Source of the DNA: an uncultured Planctomycetia bacterium
Lineage (GTDB): Bacteria; Omnitrophota; Gorgyraeia; 2-02-FULL-51-18
Reading direction: 5' to 3'
NCBI GenBank assembly: GCA_964431835.1
Contig: CAYSKO010000007.1
Span: 8,997 to 72,996 of the forward strand
DNA: 64,000 nt
The notes beneath the pieces were generated by a model. The model made no database searches and was not told where the DNA came from. It saw only the letters and a program-made list of their open reading frames with translations. Each line of letters starts with the position of its first letter. The first letter of the stretch is position 1. Positions 59,444-64,000 of the stretch are shown here, piece after piece. The translations under genes and the position numbers were made by a program.

Positions 59444-60137
59444 ATGAACCGCTTAACCGATAGGGTACGACATGGAGCTCAGCATCAGCTGAGTATTTTT
59501 TTTGAGCTTTTTTAAAAAAGAGAAATACCAAGACCCTTCCTTCCCTCCGCTTTTAGATAACGAAATTGAATTTATAAAAAAACTCGACGTAGATTCCGCG
59601 ACTCGATTCATTGAGACGCATGGAAAAAATAAATCCGCTGATGCCAAAGAGCATATCAGGGAAGCAAATCAATTCGAATTCGATATTTGCAATCTTTTAC
59701 TCAAAGGAGCAGGCGCGGCTTTTACATTATATTTTGCTTTGATCGCATATCTGAAGATAACGCCTTCATTTGTACCATTAATTCTTTGGGCTACTTCTGC
59801 GTATTTAGGCATGCTTCATCAGAAGAAATGGTCTCGGAGATTGTTGGGCATTGGTAAAAGAGAAAACTTAATTTCCATGGAAGCGGCACTTCAAATTTTC
59901 AAGCACAACGATGATAGATGTAAGTTCGTGATGCAGGTATTGAAAGAGCAGTTTTTGTACTTAAGCCGCATAACGGCGAAGCAGAGATTAAATCAAGCAG
60001 ACTATAAGTATGTTGTAGTATTCACAGAACTTCCTTTTTTTCTCATAAATTTACAGATTATTTTAGTTATCCTAGGAATTTTTATCGCCGCAACTCAATT
60101 ATTTCCCAACTCAGTAAGCTTAAATGTTGCTAGTTAG
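59444..60137 (+). pseudogene. AT-rich hypothetical membrane protein with 5' frameshift (main ORF 59502-60137)
   Basis: SD-preceded ATG at 59444 is out of frame by one base across T8 and T6A6 tracts; main ORF has about three TM segments. Confidence 0.5.
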
Positions 60138-60190
60138 TCGGCCTTAAAACAAAGTCCTGACAACGTCCTTTAAGCAAAAGAAACTGAACG

Positions 60191-60854
60191 ATGAGTGATT
60201 CGTACTCTGTTCTCGGTCTGAAGCCCGGCGCTTCGAAGGATGAGATTCGAGAGGCGTATCGCGATCTCGTGAAGGTTTGGCATCCGGATCGCTTCGCGCA
60301 CGATCCCGTTTTCCAGAAAAAGGCGCAGGAGAATCTCAAACAGATAAACAAGGCGTACGAGGAGCTTTCGAACGGGACGCAGAATCGAGCCGCGTGCGAG
60401 CGGAGCGTCCGCGTGAAAAAGCATCCCCTTCGTCTTCTGCGGGGAGCGCGAGGACTAGCGCCTCAGCCCATGCGTCGAAGCCGCGCGCGAAAGCTTCTGT
60501 GATGTCTTCTCAAAAATGCCATTTCGGCGGTTTGGCGCTCATGTGGACACTCTTTGGGCTTTTGGAACTCGGCGCGGTCGGTGTCTATCAAAGCTCGCCG
60601 CCAGCTCCGTCTACGAACGCTGAGGTGGCTCCCTGGACGGAAGTAGATCCGAAGTCGATCCGGCTCGAAGGGCTCGGTCCGATATTGGTTATTTCACGCT
60701 CGGATCAACGAAAGAGAGAGTAAGAAGCGTACAGGGCACTCCCACTAGCATCGTTGGTAACATGTGGTTGTATGGGTTCGATCACGTCTCCTTCGACTCA
60801 AGTGGAAAGGTCGTGGGGTACCGTAATGACTCCGGAAAGCTTAGAGTGCGATGA
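60191..60854 (+). pseudogene. J-domain + TM + BamE/SmpA-like protein split by two frameshifts
   Basis: Frame 2: J domain with WHPD; frame 1: S/A-rich linker and TM; frame 3: YFTLGSTKERVRSVQGTPTSIVGNMWLYG..SGKLRVR* ending 60854. Confidence 0.7.
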
Positions 60855-60887
60855 TCGAAGCATCAACGGAGCGAGAAGGCATCTTCC

Positions 60888-60936
60888 CATACCGGACGTC
60901 GTCCCGACCGACCTTTCGGGACGTCGTCCCAAAACC
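60888..60936. repeat. 49-bp palindromic repeat, copy 1
   Basis: CATACCGGACGTCGTCCCGACCGACCTTTCGGGACGTCGTCCCAAAACC, identical to 61536-61584. Confidence 0.95.
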
Positions 60937-61016
60937 CGGGGATACACAACAACTTATAGGAAGTCATCATCCGAACAGACCGGGCGCCGTCTGAGAAGTA
61001 ATTATCGGGGATCAAA

Positions 61017-61496
61017 ATGAAACGACCCATTCCGCTCGTTATGTCCTTCCTCTTGCTTGCTGGCTGCGCCACGATGAGCAGTCTTCCTAAGACTGCAAAC
61101 GACGTCAATTTCGATTCGAAAGAGGGGAAGACGGGCTGGTCCAAATATGAGGAGACGTTCTTCTTCAGGGGTGTGGACAAGCGCACGACGTACCTGGCGG
61201 CAAAGTCCGGGCTTTCGGACGCGGAATTCACCGTGACACAAGCGGATTTCGAGAAGGGATACGCCAAGGGTAAGCACGGCATGACGGCTTACGACTGGAA
61301 CATCGTGGCGGGCGTGTACGTCAAAGAGATAGAGGGTGGCACTCAGGTGAAGATCGTAGTGGAAGGCTCTAAGGACATCGGCTTCATGGGTGACATGACA
61401 GACCAAAGCTGGCCTCAGAAAATTTACAAGGGTATGCGGGACTACGTCCAAGGCGAGTCCTCCATAACGGATCCGAATAAGAAGATCTTTCAATGA
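61017..61496 (+). CDS. Hypothetical lipoprotein
   Basis: MKRPIPLVMSFLLLAGC lipobox; GGGGA before the ATG; intact 159-aa ORF. Confidence 0.85.
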   Translation: MKRPIPLVMSFLLLAGCATMSSLPKTANDVNFDSKEGKTGWSKYEETFFFRGVDKRTTYLAAKSGLSDAEFTVTQADFEKGYAKGKHGMTAYDWNIVAGVYVKEIEGGTQVKIVVEGSKDIGFMGDMTDQSWPQKIYKGMRDYVQGESSITDPNKKIFQ

Positions 61497-61535
61497 CGAA
61501 TACGGGAAAGACTGTAAATCATCGTCTTGATACTT

Positions 61536-61584
61536 CATACCGGACGTCGTCCCGACCGACCTTTCGGGACGTCGTCCCAAAACC
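61536..61584. repeat. 49-bp palindromic repeat, copy 2
   Basis: Exact direct copy of 60888-60936. Confidence 0.95.
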
Positions 61585-61663
61585 GGATGGATCGGCCCTT
61601 CATTCTGAAAGAGGCGTAAACAATCGCCTTAAATTAACGCTGTTGCCGACTCCGATTCCAGTC

Positions 61664-62332
61664 TCAGAGCGCGTTACTTTTTCCTATATTACAAACGGAG
61701 CAAAGGGTCCTTAGATTTTCAGTCATTGTCGCTCCACCTTTTGACCATGGCTTGATATGGTCAACATGCAAAACAACCGCCGGATCTTTCGCAGGGCTTG
61801 CACCACACATCTTGCAAATACAGTTATCTCGGATCAAAACCATAGCTCTAAGACGCCAATTGATCTTCCTTGGCCACTTTCCATGATTTATTTTAGAATT
61901 TCCGATGTTAGGGGCCACCTCCATCATCTCGGAATTATTCACAAAATCCCCGAATGCTTGCAGAGCCTTGTTCCAGGATCCAAATCGTTTTTCATAAGTG
62001 CCTAGCGCAAATTTTGAAAGACCCGCGGTTTTTTCCATATCTGACCCTACGGGCTGTCTTCCAAGCTTTTGCCAAACATCGGCTAAATTGCCGAACAACG
62101 TCTCTTCCTTGTTATTCGACGTCAGAACAATTCTTAATCCGGCCACCTCTAGCGCTGTATTCCATGCGCCAAATCGTCTAAGAATTGTGGTCTTTCCAAA
62201 TCTGCCCTTTTCATCATAGGCGGCTGCCGTTAAGGTTGTCTGTCCCATGGATTCCGCGACCCTTCGAATGTCGGCCGCCAACTCCTTATTTGGAATATTT
62301 CGCCTTCTAAGGTTAATTTCAAATTTTTTCAT
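61664..62332 (-). CDS. HNH endonuclease with two homing-endonuclease-associated repeats
   Basis: RRFGAWNTAL and KRFGSWNKAL repeats; RDNCICKMCG..LHVDHIKPWSKGG..NLRTLCSVCNIGK. Confidence 0.88.
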   Translation of the reverse strand: MKKFEINLRRRNIPNKELAADIRRVAESMGQTTLTAAAYDEKGRFGKTTILRRFGAWNTALEVAGLRIVLTSNNKEETLFGNLADVWQKLGRQPVGSDMEKTAGLSKFALGTYEKRFGSWNKALQAFGDFVNNSEMMEVAPNIGNSKINHGKWPRKINWRLRAMVLIRDNCICKMCGASPAKDPAVVLHVDHIKPWSKGGATMTENLRTLCSVCNIGKSNAL

Positions 62333-62336
62333 ACGC

Positions 62337-62792
62337 TCAATCCAAAAATGGCTCTATCCATTTTCTAAATAACTTTAACGCATCCGCCGGCACCACAATC
62401 GGGAAATCAACAAGCGCGTCCACGCCATGCGCCATGAAGTCGCGCGTGTTCCAGGTGACAAATGCGGATACTTTTGCCAAATGCGCCGAGCAAAGGATGG
62501 AGGCATCTCCCTTATCTAATTTGTGTAGAAATCGTTTTGCTTGAGTAGCCGTGGGTTCGGGTGCGATTTCCGGAGCGAGGGCTTTTAAAAGTTCGCGGCT
62601 TTTCTCAACCCGAATAGGAAACTTTTTGGATAAGACGCGGTCTATTTCTATAATAACCTCTTCCGAGACAACCATACTGATCGCGCCACCTTCTACGAGA
62701 CGGATAAGCTCTCCCGCCGCACCTTCCGGAGAAAGCAAAGCCGCTATGTAGGTGCTTGTATCAAAGAAGATGCGGTATCTCGGTATGGCCAT
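62337..62792 (-). CDS. PIN-domain protein (VapC-like toxin)
   Basis: IFFDTSTYIAAL, SEEVIIEI, DKGDASIL, FVTWNTRDF acidic residues. Confidence 0.85.
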   Translation of the reverse strand: MAIPRYRIFFDTSTYIAALLSPEGAAGELIRLVEGGAISMVVSEEVIIEIDRVLSKKFPIRVEKSRELLKALAPEIAPEPTATQAKRFLHKLDKGDASILCSAHLAKVSAFVTWNTRDFMAHGVDALVDFPIVVPADALKLFRKWIEPFLD

Positions 62793-63038
62793 TTATGAAC
62801 TTTTGCTGTGGCGAATCTTTTTCAGATCCTTTAAAAGCTCATCCAGCGTGATACCTTTCTCTTTGGATTCTTTCACAAACCCCGCTGATGTAGTTTTAAA
62901 TGTAGAGAGCCCTGGGGTAATCAAAATCCCATTTCCCACTTTGGCTACGGACAAAACAGAGTCCTTCGAAAGATGAAGTGACTCCCTGATGCCTGATGGG
63001 ATCGTCACCTGTCCTTTTTCCCTCATTTTGGTTACCAT
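62793..63038 (-). CDS. AbrB/MazE-fold antitoxin
   Basis: MREKGQVTIPSGIRESL; SD AGGAG; abuts the PIN gene. Confidence 0.88.
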   Translation of the reverse strand: MVTKMREKGQVTIPSGIRESLHLSKDSVLSVAKVGNGILITPGLSTFKTTSAGFVKESKEKGITLDELLKDLKKIRHSKSS

Positions 63039-63080
63039 TCTTCTTCTCCTATTTTCATACTGATTCCTACTTTCTAACAA

Positions 63081-63109
63081 AGTGTACCACAGATAGGGGT
63101 GGAATTCAA
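63081..63109 (-). promoter_or_regulatory. Sigma70 promoter of the AbrB-PIN-HNH operon
   Basis: Minus strand TTGAAT, 17 bp, TACACT with TG extension. Confidence 0.65.
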
Positions 63110-63215
63110 ATAGCAAACCCCTCTGTGCCAATGTGATCGCAAAAGCGGAGGCGTTACTCCCCGTGACACCCTATTTGCAAAACCGGGCCGCGTCGTTCAA
63201 CATAGGAGCTCTGGC

Positions 63216-63279
63216 GACCCCAGCCGTGCGCCTCTGCGCACGGCACTCCGGAGGCGGCTGTATAAGGGGTCAAGTCTTT
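63216..63279. repeat. GC-rich nested hairpin, REP-like
   Basis: GCCGTGCGC-CTCT-GCGCACGGC (63223-63244); alternative outer pairing GACCCC-AGCCG / CGGCT..GGGGTC followed by AAGTCTTT. Confidence 0.55.
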
Positions 63280-63394
63280 CCCTGACTGCATCTGACGCGT
63301 ATCTATCGCAACGCCGTCGAATATCCGAATCCCATGCGACAAGCTTCTTGAAACGAAAGCAGCTTGAGACGATGGTCCTGTAGGACCCCATAAA

Positions 63395-63448
63395 ATTACT
63401 TGTAGGGCCGATGGTGCAAATAATCTTTGAGTTTATTGTTTGTTTCAC
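63395..63448 (-). pseudogene. 5' stump of a pyruvate kinase-like gene
   Basis: GTG start 10 nt after the antiporter stop; MKQTINSKIICTIGPTSN matches the Pyk N-terminal TKIICTIGPAS motif, then similarity ends. Confidence 0.6.
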
Positions 63449-63458
63449 TGGACGCGCA

Positions 63459-64000
63459 TCAAATAAATATTTTTATTTTATGTTTTCTAGATCGCAACGC
63501 CATAAAAAAACTATAAGCCAAAGTTAAAATAGTTACAGGCAAAACAAATAATAGCGTGGTTCGACCGAATATCGGCAATAGATCGTGGGCTTGAGCGTTC
63601 AGGATCAAATAGATGATATAGAAAAAATAGTAGGCTAAAAAAATAAACCCTTCCCAGCGTGCAATCAGCCGCCCAGTTAAAAATATCGGCAAGCAAGCAA
63701 ACGCGACCGCGATCATGAACGGTAGATCAAAACCGATGAGGGATCGCGCGACGGGGACAGATCCAGCTCCGGACAACAGACCTGTCAGGCCTCCGACACC
63801 TAAAATATTGAATATGTTGCTACCGATGACATTCCCGATTGCAATATCCTTTTCTCCTTTAAGCGTTGCGACGACTGACGTGAAGATCTCCGGAAACGCT
63901 GTCCCTGCCGCGATGATCGTCAGCGAGATCACTAGATCGCTAACCCCGTACGCCTTAGCAATGGCTACAGCTCCCAATATCAGTCTATTGGACCCGAAAA
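63459..64000 (-). CDS. Calcium/sodium antiporter (YrbG/CaCA family), 5' part outside the window
   Basis: Alpha-repeat GTAFPEIFTS, DIAIGNVIGSNIFNIL, IARWEG; frame open to the window edge. Confidence 0.9.
   Translation of the reverse strand, partial: FGSNRLILGAVAIAKAYGVSDLVISLTIIAAGTAFPEIFTSVVATLKGEKDIAIGNVIGSNIFNILGVGGLTGLLSGAGSVPVARSLIGFDLPFMIAVAFACLPIFLTGRLIARWEGFIFLAYYFFYIIYLILNAQAHDLLPIFGRTTLLFVLPVTILTLAYSFFMALRSRKHKIKIFI

Larger units (their letters stand above)
59434..64000. mobile_element. Putative genomic island or variable region downstream of guaA (right end not defined)
   Basis: Abrupt drop in GC, patchy composition, pseudogenes, TA pair, HNH gene and repeats; no integrase or attR seen. 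Confidence 0.6.

Noticed and set aside
59472-59503. In-frame TGA as a sign of an alternative genetic code or selenocysteine
   Set aside because: Many core genes here (miaB, hrcA, guaA) end at TGA in the expected place; no SECIS-like context
60888-61584. 49-bp repeats as a CRISPR array
   Set aside because: Only two copies, the 599-bp interval contains a whole gene, and no cas genes are present
60888-61584. 49-bp repeats as canonical attC sites, group II intron domain V or simple terminators
   Set aside because: No RYYYAAC/GTTRRRY ends, no domain V consensus, and no U tract on the coding strand of the upstream genes
62793-63131. Extended 112-aa version of the AbrB ORF
   Set aside because: The extension runs through the predicted promoter; the SD supports the start at 63038
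63197-63448. 83-aa minus-strand ORF as a real gene
   Set aside because: Appears to be a chimera of the pyk-like stump and read-through into the hairpin region

Overview
High-GC bacterial chromosome segment. About 59 kb is densely packed, almost entirely plus-strand housekeeping DNA: miaB-TPR-miaA-hflX, a CIRCE-controlled hrcA-grpE-dnaK-dnaJ operon, accD, an orphan MalK-type ATPase, two tandem membrane diguanylate cyclases, ROK kinase, lptD, a nucleotide-sugar cluster, tal-pgi, rnd, gatCAB, tsaD, polA-glgA-coaE-rho, and rpmE-prfA-prmC-murA-rpsP-trmD-rplS-rnhB-guaA. Gene order without rimM, plus lptD, suggests a diderm of the PVC group, possibly Omnitrophota (inference). After the guaA stop (59433) the composition becomes a patchy AT-richer mosaic. 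It holds a membrane gene with a broken 5' end, a doubly frameshifted J-domain/TM/BamE-like gene, a lipoprotein gene bracketed by two identical 49-bp palindromic repeats, an AbrB-PIN-HNH operon, a second REP-like hairpin, an 18-codon pyruvate-kinase-like stump and a partial Ca/Na antiporter gene. The gene-hairpin-gene-hairpin arrangement is the best candidate for an undescribed system. No rRNA, tRNA, CRISPR array, integrase or transposase was recognised. All calls come from reading motifs by eye; no searches were run.
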